NCBI RefSeq assembly: GCF_029504745.1 | Contig: NZ_JAQFIQ010000009.1 | Coordinates: forward strand, 31,696-63,695 | Length of the DNA stretch: 32,000 bases | Reading direction: 5' to 3' | Origin: Breznakia sp. PF5-3 | GTDB lineage: Bacteria > Bacillota_I > Bacilli_A > Erysipelotrichales > Erysipelotrichaceae | Part shown: positions 8,447-16,391 of the stretch, one piece after another | Numbering within the stretch: position 1 is the first letter of the stretch | Layout: each line of letters starts with the position of its first letter | Program-made: the position numbers and the translations under genes | Notes under the pieces: generated by a model | What the model was told of the DNA's origin: nothing | The model's database searches: none | The model's input: the letters and a program-made list of their open reading frames with translations, nothing else

Positions 8447-9652
8447 ATGAAACGGATAAAACAAATAAAGAAATATCAGATAATATTATGTGTTTTCTTT
8501 GTTGTGTTTGGAGTTTTTGTATTCTGGTTGAATACAGAGCACTTACCATCATATTCCTTATATAATACAGGTAGTCTTCGTTATGAGAAAGCAGAAGTAT
8601 TAAATATCGTGGATAGTTATTTAGAAGAAGACAAAAATACAACATCTGGATATAAGGGAACACAAGAATTAGAAGTAGAAGTAAAGACAGGCAAACTACG
8701 TGGAGAGGTAGTAAATGTTGAAAACTATCTCTCACGTACACACAATATATTAGTGGAGAAGGGAACATCGATTATCATCTGCTTGGATGAAACAAGCAGC
8801 GAATCGCATATATCGGTTTATAATTATTCTAGATCTAATATCGTATATCTCATGGTTGCCTTATTTGTGATAATCATGATAGCGGTTGGTGGATTTAAAG
8901 GATTTAAATCGGCGTTAGGCTTGGGATTCTCCTTTCTTTGCATCGTATTCTTTACATTACCTTTGATTTTTTATGGATATTCTCCAATTTTAGTTGCAAT
9001 CATTTCGGTGATTTTAATATCAGCAGTAACACTAGTTTTACTTGATGGAGCAAGTAAAAAAGTATTTGTTGCCTTGTGTAGTACTGCGATAGGAGTGATT
9101 GCTGCAGGACTCTTATTCAACTTGTTTAGTGTGGCATTGAAAGTATCAGGATTCAATTTAGAAGATGCAGAATCCTTACATGTAATATCACAAAATACAG
9201 GTTTGGAAGTGAAGCATATTTTGTTTGCAGGAGTTTTGATTGCAGCGGTTGGGGCTGTATTAGATGTCGCGATGAGCATATCTTCAACATTGAATGAATT
9301 GCATGAACATAATCCTGATTTGAGTTCTAAAGAGTTGTTTAAATCAGGTATTAATGTGGGAAAAGATATGATAGGAACGATGTCCAATACGTTAATTTTG
9401 GCTTATGCAGGTAGTTCATTTAGTATGATGATATTGTTTATGGCATATAGTGTAAGCTATCATCAAATCATTAATATGGATTATTTAGTTTTGGAAATAT
9501 CACAAGCATTAGCAGGAAGCATGGGAATCGTTTTAACAGTACCTTTTGCAGCGTTTATTGGTTCTAAAATTTTAAAAAATGAAAGATTTAATTTTCATAA
9601 ACCAAAGAAAAAGATAATAGCGAAAGAAGAAACTGTTGAAAGAAAATTTTAG
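8447..9652 (+). CDS. YibE/F-family integral membrane protein
   Basis: Family-typical core GAVLDVAMSISSTLNELHEHNPDLSSKELFKSGINVGKDMIGTMSNTLILAYAGSS and multiple TM segments. ATG 8447 has AGGGGT SD 6 nt upstream, so it is preferred over the GTG at 8429 given in the ORF track. Confidence 0.85.
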   Translation: MKRIKQIKKYQIILCVFFVVFGVFVFWLNTEHLPSYSLYNTGSLRYEKAEVLNIVDSYLEEDKNTTSGYKGTQELEVEVKTGKLRGEVVNVENYLSRTHNILVEKGTSIIICLDETSSESHISVYNYSRSNIVYLMVALFVIIMIAVGGFKGFKSALGLGFSFLCIVFFTLPLIFYGYSPILVAIISVILISAVTLVLLDGASKKVFVALCSTAIGVIAAGLLFNLFSVALKVSGFNLEDAESLHVISQNTGLEVKHILFAGVLIAAVGAVLDVAMSISSTLNELHEHNPDLSSKELFKSGINVGKDMIGTMSNTLILAYAGSSFSMMILFMAYSVSYHQIINMDYLVLEISQALAGSMGIVLTVPFAAFIGSKILKNERFNFHKPKKKIIAKEETVERKF

Positions 9653-9712
9653 GGTTTTATAGGAATTAAGGAAAAGAATTAGATATACTATAGGTTATTT
9701 ATTAATAGGAGT

Positions 9713-9785
9713 AAAAAAGGCTGTTTTGAAATGATTCTGCAAACTTGGGAAACCAAGAAATATATCACTTCATTTCAGCCTTTTT
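9713..9785. terminator. Nested hairpin between convergent genes, probably a bidirectional terminator
   Basis: AAAAAAGGCTG...GAAATGA pairs with TCATTTCAGCCTTTTT. An inner CTTGG-GAAA-CCAAG hairpin sits at about 9744-9757. The A-run on the left and T-run on the right allow function on both strands. Confidence 0.45.
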
Positions 9786-10254
9786 ATGATTGTTTTCCAG
9801 AAAATGATATTACATCAATTTTAAAAACATGAATTTTTTCTATAAGTTTTTCTTCATATGTAAAAGGTTCATTGCTTTTTGATTGATGCTTCATTAACAA
9901 ATCTAAAGCGGTAATTTTTTCATTGTATTCGTTGATAATAGAGGCTTTGCCGTATCCGATAATACTTTGAAATTGAAATGTATATTTGCAAGCTATATCC
10001 CCATTTATCAATTTGCCATTACAGTACATTTCAAAACAAACGTTAGGATTCTGTTTTAAAATTTTAATCTTTTTTCCATCTTGAGCACAATGAAAATATA
10101 AGGTTAATTTATTGTTGAGATAGGAATATCCAAAATTTAATGGTACTACATAAGGGATATTATCTTTAGCCATTCCAAGATGGCATACATCACATTGGTC
10201 AATAACAGCAAGTAGTTTATCAATCTGTTTTATTTCTTTTTCTTTTCTACGCAT
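9784..10254 (-). CDS. Pyridoxamine 5'-phosphate oxidase-family flavoprotein (Pyridox_ox_2 / NimA-like, COG3467-type)
   Basis: N-terminus MRRKEKEI...VCHLGMAKDNIPYVVPLNFGY...LYFHCAQDGKKIKILKQNPNVCFE is typical of this family. AAGAGGA SD lies upstream on the - strand. Confidence 0.85.
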   Translation of the reverse strand: MRRKEKEIKQIDKLLAVIDQCDVCHLGMAKDNIPYVVPLNFGYSYLNNKLTLYFHCAQDGKKIKILKQNPNVCFEMYCNGKLINGDIACKYTFQFQSIIGYGKASIINEYNEKITALDLLMKHQSKSNEPFTYEEKLIEKIHVFKIDVISFSGKQS

Positions 10255-10322
10255 ATCGTCCTCTTTCTTTTTGAATTATATTATAACAGATGATGCAAAG
10301 TGAGATAAAGCAATCAATTTTA

Positions 10323-10331
10323 TGGTATAAT
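10323..10331 (+). promoter_or_regulatory. Extended -10 element (TGGTATAAT) upstream of dnaE
   Basis: TGnTATAAT at 10323-10331, with no good -35. It implies a very short dnaE leader. Confidence 0.4.
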
Positions 10332-10345
10332 TTTTATGAGGTGAG

Positions 10346-13300
10346 ATGGTGAGTACACATTTACATGTTCGGAGCGCATATACTTTATTAAATAGTACAT
10401 TGCGAATACAAGATATTATATCATTAGCGAAAAAGAATGGTGCCAGAGCAATTGCATTATGTGATGAAAATATTATGCATGGAGCTATGGCTTTTTATCA
10501 TGCGTGTAAAAAGGAAGGTATTAAACCAATCTATGGATTAGAGTTTTCTTGCTCATATAACGATGGAGAAATTAGTTTGATTGCTTATGCAAAGGGTGAT
10601 ATTGGATTTCAGACATTATTAAAATTATCTACCCGATTATCAACAAACGTTGAAAAAATAGCCTTAGAAGAATTAAAAACGTATGATCAACAGATGATTT
10701 TTACTACAGCAGGAACTCATGATGAATTACGAACGCTATATGCAGCAAATAAAAATGATGAATTGCATGCTGCTTTGAAAGCGTTAAAAGATAATTTTAA
10801 TGAATTTTACTTGGCAATGGCGATGAATGATTCAAAATATCTACAGAAAGAAAATGTAGCAATCAAGCAGTTTGCACATTCTTTAAAAATTAAAACATTT
10901 GCGCTGTCACGCATTTATTTTGCTACACCAGAGGATGAAGAAGCTTACAAAGTGTTATGTGCAATTGATCAACAAAGGACTCTAGACGATATGGCTCTCA
11001 ATGCAGAATCCGGGAGATATTTCCGTAGTAATGAAGAAATGAGTGCTTTATATGATGAAGAAGATTTAATTATGAGTGATATTATTGCGGATTCATGTAA
11101 TGTAGAGATGAAACTAAAAAAAGCTAGCTTACCAGTGTTTAAAAATCGTTTTGATGTTGATTCAAAAACCTATTTAACAAGTCTATGTAAACAAGGGTTA
11201 AAAAAACGTTTAAATGATAAAGTGACACTAGAATATATAGATCGTTTAAATTATGAATTGGATGTTATCTGTAAAATGGGGTATGCAGATTATTTTTTGA
11301 TTGTATATGACTTTATTCGTTTTGCGAGAAGTAAAGATATTTATGTTGGCCCTGGACGGGGTAGTGCCGCAGGATCGCTTATTTCGTATTGTTTAGGGAT
11401 TACACATGTTGATCCAATTGAGTATAATTTGTTGTTTGAAAGGTTTTTGAATCCTGAACGGATTAGTATGCCAGATATTGATATTGATTTTCCTGACAAT
11501 CGTCGTGATGAGGTAATTAGATATGTTGCGGAATTGTATGGAAAAAATCATGTAGCGCATATTACAACTTTTGGAACACTAGGAGCAAAACAGGTATTAC
11601 GGGATGTCGGGCGTGTTTTGGGAATAAGATTAAGTGATGTAGATATGCTATGTAAAATGGTTCCTAATGTTTTAAAAGTTAATTTAGATTATGTTTATAA
11701 AAATTCAAAAAAATTTGTCCAAGTTATCGAGGCTTCAAAAGAATTTCGGCGTATGTATGCGATAGCTAAACGATTGGAAGGCTTACCTCGCCATATGTCT
11801 ACACATGCAGGTGGAATTGTATTAGGAGATGTAGAAATTGATGAGGTTTGTCCACTTATTGAAGTTGAACAAGATCTATATTCAACTCAGTATACAATGG
11901 AATATTTGGAGGAATTAGGATTAATTAAAATTGATTTTTTGGGATTGCGAAATTTAACGATTATCGATGAGGTTTGCCATCACATTAAAGATAATGGTGA
12001 AGATATTGATATTATGAAAATACCTTTAAATGATAAAAAAACCTTTAAATTACTACAAGATGTAGATACGGTTGGTATTTTTCAGTTAGAAAGCGAAGGG
12101 ATGAAAAATCTATTACGTCAGATGCAAGTGAGCAATTTCGAAGAAATTGTTGCAGCTATTGCATTGTTCCGCCCTGGGCCAATGGAAAATATACCGTTAT
12201 ATTTAAAAAATCATGACCATCCTCAAAATATAGATTATCTTCATCCAAAGTTAAAACCTATTTTAGAAAATACATATGGAGTTATGATTTACCAAGAACA
12301 GGTTATGCAGGTAACACAGATAATGGCGAATTTCTCTTTAGGAAAAGCTGATATTTTGCGGAAAGCAATTTCCAAAAAAATTCCTGGCGAATTGGAAAAG
12401 TTACAAAAAGATTTCATTAAGGGTTCCATTGAAAATGGTTATTCTAAAGAGTTGGCTGAAAATGTTTATAATTTGATTTTAAAGTTTGCAGGCTATGGAT
12501 TTAACCGTAGTCACTCTGTGGCATATGGATTGATTGCGTATCAGTTGGCATATTTAAAAGCAAATTATCCATTGTCATTTTTTGCTTCTTTATTAAACAG
12601 CGTCATTGGCTCAGAAACCAAAAGTAGCGAATATATATTTGAAGCTAAAAAACGAGATATCACGATTTTAGGCCCAAATGTAAATGAATCTACAAATGAG
12701 TATATTATTCAAAAAGAGGCTTTACGTTTTCCTTTAGTCGGAATTAAAAATATTGGTTCAGCAATGAGTCTTTCTTTGTTGGAGGAGCGTTCTCATAATG
12801 GAAAATATGATGATTTCTTTGACTTTGTTGCTCGTATTAGTTTAATTAAAATAACGAGCAAAGCAATTGATAGTCTTATTGATGCAGGTGCATTGGATGT
12901 ATTCAATATTAATCGAGCTAGTATGAAAGCTTCATTGGAAGATGCTATGCGTTATGCGTCTTTGGTAAAAGTGAGCGACGGAGAAAAACAACAACTTAAT
13001 TTTGATATTGTATCGAAACCACCTATGACTATGATTAAAGAACAGGCACATGAGCGAAGCTATTTGGAAAAGCAAGTATTAGGCTTTTATTTGAGTGCCC
13101 ACCCAATTACCAAATTAAGAGAAAGTTTAAATAAAGAAGTTTTAGGATTGATTCAATTACATAATCATAAAGGCTTTGTCCGTTTGGTTGGGTTCATTGA
13201 AAAATGTAAACAGCATCGTACACGTAATGGAGAAATTATGATGTTTGTAGTTGTAAGTGATGAGACAAGTAAATTTGACTTGGTTTGTATGCCCAATATT

Positions 13301-13417
13301 TATCATAAATATCAAGATATATTAGTACGTGGAAACTACATTTATGCGGAAGGGAAAATATCAGATCGACCTTCATGTTTGATTAATTACATAGAGTTGG
13401 TTGACATAGAAAAGTAA
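10346..13417 (+). CDS. dnaE: DNA polymerase III alpha subunit, DnaE type
   Basis: PHP-domain start HLHVRSAYTLL. Polymerase core GPGRGSAAGSLISYCLGIT, PDIDIDF, FQLES, FNRSHSVAYG. The true start may be GTG 10349, because SD GAGGTG (10338-10343) nearly abuts ATG 10346. Confidence 0.95.
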   Translation: MVSTHLHVRSAYTLLNSTLRIQDIISLAKKNGARAIALCDENIMHGAMAFYHACKKEGIKPIYGLEFSCSYNDGEISLIAYAKGDIGFQTLLKLSTRLSTNVEKIALEELKTYDQQMIFTTAGTHDELRTLYAANKNDELHAALKALKDNFNEFYLAMAMNDSKYLQKENVAIKQFAHSLKIKTFALSRIYFATPEDEEAYKVLCAIDQQRTLDDMALNAESGRYFRSNEEMSALYDEEDLIMSDIIADSCNVEMKLKKASLPVFKNRFDVDSKTYLTSLCKQGLKKRLNDKVTLEYIDRLNYELDVICKMGYADYFLIVYDFIRFARSKDIYVGPGRGSAAGSLISYCLGITHVDPIEYNLLFERFLNPERISMPDIDIDFPDNRRDEVIRYVAELYGKNHVAHITTFGTLGAKQVLRDVGRVLGIRLSDVDMLCKMVPNVLKVNLDYVYKNSKKFVQVIEASKEFRRMYAIAKRLEGLPRHMSTHAGGIVLGDVEIDEVCPLIEVEQDLYSTQYTMEYLEELGLIKIDFLGLRNLTIIDEVCHHIKDNGEDIDIMKIPLNDKKTFKLLQDVDTVGIFQLESEGMKNLLRQMQVSNFEEIVAAIALFRPGPMENIPLYLKNHDHPQNIDYLHPKLKPILENTYGVMIYQEQVMQVTQIMANFSLGKADILRKAISKKIPGELEKLQKDFIKGSIENGYSKELAENVYNLILKFAGYGFNRSHSVAYGLIAYQLAYLKANYPLSFFASLLNSVIGSETKSSEYIFEAKKRDITILGPNVNESTNEYIIQKEALRFPLVGIKNIGSAMSLSLLEERSHNGKYDDFFDFVARISLIKITSKAIDSLIDAGALDVFNINRASMKASLEDAMRYASLVKVSDGEKQQLNFDIVSKPPMTMIKEQAHERSYLEKQVLGFYLSAHPITKLRESLNKEVLGLIQLHNHKGFVRLVGFIEKCKQHRTRNGEIMMFVVVSDETSKFDLVCMPNIYHKYQDILVRGNYIYAEGKISDRPSCLINYIELVDIEK

Positions 13418-13441
13418 GGCTATTTTGAAATAGCCTTTTTA
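13416..13441 (+). terminator. Rho-independent terminator after dnaE
   Basis: AAGGCTATT (13416-13424) pairs with AATAGCCTT (13429-13437) around a TTGA loop, followed by a T-run. Confidence 0.7.
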
Positions 13442-13447
13442 TATATT

Positions 13448-13476
13448 TTGACACAAATCGCTAACAGTGTTAAAAT
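13448..13476 (+). promoter_or_regulatory. Sigma-A promoter of the marR-DUF1538-PII operon
   Basis: TTGACA (13448-13453), exact 17-nt spacer, TAAAAT (13471-13476). Confidence 0.65.
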
Positions 13477-13490
13477 ACTAATAGTGTTAG
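13461..13490. promoter_or_regulatory. Two 12-nt direct repeats bracketing the -10 box (candidate MarR operator)
   Basis: CTAACAGTGTTA (13461-13472) and CTAATAGTGTTA (13478-13489) match at 11 of 12 positions with starts 17 nt apart. With G13490 the second copy reads CTAA-N5-TTAG, a partial dyad. Confidence 0.4.
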
Positions 13491-13511
13491 ATATTTATAA
13501 GAGGTATAGAA

Positions 13512-13964
13512 ATGAGTTCAAAAAATAAAGATATATATACAGATTTATCGCTTTTGTTTTGGCATAATATGCAAAAGCTTCATAAATCAAAATTACATCG
13601 GAAAATTATTGATTCATTGGAAGGTGAATGGATAGTGCTTCAATATGTTTTGAAACATGATGGAGTTACGATGCCTAGTGAGCTGTGTCAAGTGGTGCGG
13701 ATTAGTTCTGCAAGGATAGCTGCCACATTGAATAATCTTGAACATAAAGCTTTAATCATAAGAACAATCGATACAAAAGATCGACGAAAGATATTAATAA
13801 AGCTTACTGCTAAGGGAAGGGAATTGGCGTTGCAACAGCAACAAGAAATAGCTGATAACGTAATACATTTGTTGAGTACGTTAAATGAGCATGATGCGAA
13901 AGAATATGTTCGTATAACAGGTCTTTTGGCCAGTGCGATAGCAGAAAAAGTATCGAAAGAATAA
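13512..13964 (+). CDS. MarR-family transcriptional regulator
   Basis: 150 aa with AAGAGGT SD. Winged-HTH segment PSELCQVVRISSARIAATLNNLEHKALIIRTIDTKDRRKILIKLTAKG. Confidence 0.85.
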   Translation: MSSKNKDIYTDLSLLFWHNMQKLHKSKLHRKIIDSLEGEWIVLQYVLKHDGVTMPSELCQVVRISSARIAATLNNLEHKALIIRTIDTKDRRKILIKLTAKGRELALQQQQEIADNVIHLLSTLNEHDAKEYVRITGLLASAIAEKVSKE

Positions 13965-13994
13965 ATCAAGATATTATAGAAAGGAGGATGATGA

Positions 13995-15554
13995 ATGAAT
14001 AAACTTTTGAAAGAGAAAATTAGTGAGTCACTTTCCTCTGTACTACCAATTGTAATCATTGTATTATTGATTAGCGTTTTGGTTGTACCTGTAGATACAG
14101 GAACTATGATTGTGTTTTTGGTAGGAGCCATATTATTGATTATTGGTATGGGACTTTTCACTTTAGGTGCAGATATTTCTATGACACCAATTGGTGAAGG
14201 AATTGGGATTCAGTTTTCAAAATCAAAAAACATTAAAATGATTGCATTACTCGCATTTCTAATAGGTATCATTATAACGGTGGCAGAGCCAGATTTGCAG
14301 GTTTTAGTAAAACAGGTGCCGTCTATACCAGATATGGTTTTAGTATTAACAGTAGCAGTTGGCGTTGGTGTATTTCTATTGATGGCTGTACTTAGAACCT
14401 TTTTTAAGTGGAGCTTATCAAAAATGTTGATACTTTGTTATGGTATTGTTTTCATTTTAGCGTTTTTTGTACCAAAAGAATTTTTGGCTGTCGCTTTTGA
14501 TTCTGGTGGAGTGACAACAGGTCCGATTACAGTGCCATTCATTATGGCGCTTGGAATTGGACTTACATCCTTACGTAGTGATAAAGGGTCTCAAGACGAT
14601 AGTTTTGGATTGGTTGCACTTAGTAGCATTGGTCCGATTTTGGCGGTGTTGATTTTAGGCGTTTGTTATAACCCACAGGGAGTGGCTTATACAAACTATA
14701 TTTCACATGATGTAATTACTACACAGGATGTTGCGAAACTATTTTTTAAAGAATTACCAACATACATTGGTGAAGTTTTAATTGCAATTGTTCCTTTGTT
14801 TTTAATGTTTATTTTATTTCAATTTATAGCAAAGCGATTTAAAAAGGGACAAATCGGAAAAATGGTGATAGGATATTTATATACATTTTTAGGACTAGTA
14901 CTATTTTTAGTTGGTGTGAATGTTGGATTTATTCCTGTTGGATATTTGATGGGTAGTGAAATAGGAGCCTCTAATATTCCTTGGATATTGATACCATTAG
15001 GCTTAATTATTGGTTATTATGTAGTTAAAGCTGAACCTGCTGTACATATCTTAAATAAACAAGTTGAAGAAGTTACAAAAGGTACAATCCCACAAAAAGC
15101 TATGCAATTATGTTTATCAATAGGAGTTGCAATTTCTTTAGGGATATCCATGATTCGAATTCTAACAGGAATATCAATATTGTGGTTTTTAATTCCTGGA
15201 TATGTGATTGCTTTATTATTAACGTTTAAAGTGCCTAAAATCTTCACTGGAATTGCTTTTGATTCAGGTGGTGTAGCAAGTGGACCAATGACTTCTACTT
15301 TTATCTTGCCATTTGCAATTGGTGCATGTGAGGGTGTTGGCGGAAATGTTTTGTTGGATGCCTTTGGGGTTGTAGCTATGGTTGCTATGACACCACTAAT
15401 TGTAATACAGATCATGGGACTTATATTTCAATATAAAACAGCAAAAATGGAAGCAGAAAATATGGGTGAAGATACTTTGTTATTAGATGATGATATTATT
15501 GATATAGAGGAGGACCTCGATGATGAAAGAGACAATGATCAAAATGAGACTTAA
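13995..15554 (+). CDS. Polytopic membrane protein made of two DUF1538-type repeats, with an acidic C-terminal tail
   Basis: GGAGG SD 7 nt upstream. Repeat motifs AEPDLQVLVKQV / AEPAVHILNKQV and AFDSGGVTTGPITVPFIMALGIG / AFDSGGVASGPMTSTFILPFAIG lie about 250 aa apart. Family assignment is from memory of DUF1538 (PF07556) sequences, not from a search. Confidence 0.8.
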   Translation: MNKLLKEKISESLSSVLPIVIIVLLISVLVVPVDTGTMIVFLVGAILLIIGMGLFTLGADISMTPIGEGIGIQFSKSKNIKMIALLAFLIGIIITVAEPDLQVLVKQVPSIPDMVLVLTVAVGVGVFLLMAVLRTFFKWSLSKMLILCYGIVFILAFFVPKEFLAVAFDSGGVTTGPITVPFIMALGIGLTSLRSDKGSQDDSFGLVALSSIGPILAVLILGVCYNPQGVAYTNYISHDVITTQDVAKLFFKELPTYIGEVLIAIVPLFLMFILFQFIAKRFKKGQIGKMVIGYLYTFLGLVLFLVGVNVGFIPVGYLMGSEIGASNIPWILIPLGLIIGYYVVKAEPAVHILNKQVEEVTKGTIPQKAMQLCLSIGVAISLGISMIRILTGISILWFLIPGYVIALLLTFKVPKIFTGIAFDSGGVASGPMTSTFILPFAIGACEGVGGNVLLDAFGVVAMVAMTPLIVIQIMGLIFQYKTAKMEAENMGEDTLLLDDDIIDIEEDLDDERDNDQNET

Positions 15555-16236
15555 TTTGATTATAACGGTTGTCGATCGAAATAAAGGTTGTAAAGTGATG
15601 AAAATATTCAAATCCCTTGGAACCCATTGGCATTACATGCTTTCTGGTGAAGGTACAATGAATTCAGAGATGATGGAATTGTTAGGGTTAGGAACATCGG
15701 AGAAATCAATTGCTTTATGTATCGTTCCACATTTTCGTGTGTCGGAATTTATGCAAACAATTCGTCGTGAATTACGAATGGATATGAAAGGGAAAGGTGT
15801 TGGATTTACATTACCTATTTCAGGAGTGAACCATCCAATTATTCAAAAAATAAAAAATGAAATGAATATGGAGACGATGAAAACAATGAAAAAAGAAATG
15901 GAACAAATGACGGAAAAAATTACTACAGGCACACAATATTCAGTTGTGATTGGAATTATAAACCAAGGATATAGTGAGGATGTTATGAGTACTGCAAGAA
16001 CTGTAGGTGCAAGAGGCGGTACTGTTGTTCGTGCTAGAAGAGTTGGGATTGAGGATGCAGTAAAGTTTTTAGGTATTTCAGTCCAAGAAGAAAAAGAAAT
16101 TTTAATGATTTTAACTGCGAAAGAAAGTCGTCATGATATTATGAAAGCTTTATCACATGAACATGGGATAGCAAGCGAAACACATGGTATTTATTTATCT
16201 CTTCCTGTTGAAGAAGTAATGGGACTTGATTTATAG
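15520..16236 (+). CDS. Single-chain tandem P-II-like (GlnB-fold) signalling protein
   Basis: GAGGAGG SD (15507-15513) lies 6 nt before ATG 15520, and the gene overlaps the upstream gene by 35 nt. It contains two beta-alpha-beta-beta-alpha-beta units of about 95 aa (aa ~11-104 and ~140-236). Confidence 0.7.
   Translation: MMKETMIKMRLNLIITVVDRNKGCKVMKIFKSLGTHWHYMLSGEGTMNSEMMELLGLGTSEKSIALCIVPHFRVSEFMQTIRRELRMDMKGKGVGFTLPISGVNHPIIQKIKNEMNMETMKTMKKEMEQMTEKITTGTQYSVVIGIINQGYSEDVMSTARTVGARGGTVVRARRVGIEDAVKFLGISVQEEKEILMILTAKESRHDIMKALSHEHGIASETHGIYLSLPVEEVMGLDL
15856..15912 (+). other. Methionine-rich interdomain linker of the tandem P-II-like protein
   Basis: Encodes NEMNMETMKTMKKEMEQMT, with Met at residues 115, 117, 120, 123, 127 and 130. 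Confidence 0.6.
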
Positions 16237-16255
16237 TAAGGATATAAAATAAACA

Positions 16256-16284
16256 TTGACTATTAAAGGGTTTTCGGGTATTAT
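16256..16284 (+). promoter_or_regulatory. Sigma-A promoter of rplU-prp-rpmA
   Basis: TTGACT (16256-16261), 17-nt spacer, TATTAT (16279-16284). Confidence 0.6.
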
Positions 16285-16290
16285 ATCTAT

Positions 16291-16391
16291 GTTGTATGTC
16301 TTTTTATGGCTTACAACCGCACATGTAAGGTTTAAGTATGCACAGCATCACCTTATTTGGCGAGTCTTAAATTGTAAAAGGAGGTGCAAGA
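16291..16391 (+). promoter_or_regulatory. Structured 5' leader of rplU, a candidate L21 ribosomal-protein leader
   Basis: About 100 nt between the promoter and the SD. It contains the hairpins GTTGTA(16291-16296)/TACAAC(16312-16317) and TAAGGT(16326-16331)/ACCTTA(16350-16355). The position matches the L21 leader known in Firmicutes. No covariance-model check was possible. Confidence 0.4.

Noticed and set aside
8971-9387. 138-aa minus-strand ORF inside the YibE/F gene. The same reasoning applies to 15017-15415, 8415-8768, 7919-8464 and 19617-20018.
   Set aside because: These are antisense frames of AT-rich membrane-protein or helical-repeat genes. They have no family resemblance and no SD, and the sense genes are strongly supported.
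9741-9842. 33-codon + strand ORF (MILQTWETKKYITSFQPFYDCF...) beginning in the convergent intergenic region
   Set aside because: It starts inside the terminator hairpin and runs antisense into the Nim-like gene. It has no SD.
13688-14161. 157-aa minus-strand ORF spanning the marR 3' end and the DUF1538 5' end
   Set aside because: It is antisense to two well-supported + strand genes and crosses their intergenic SD. It is a low-complexity hydrophobic translation with no start context.
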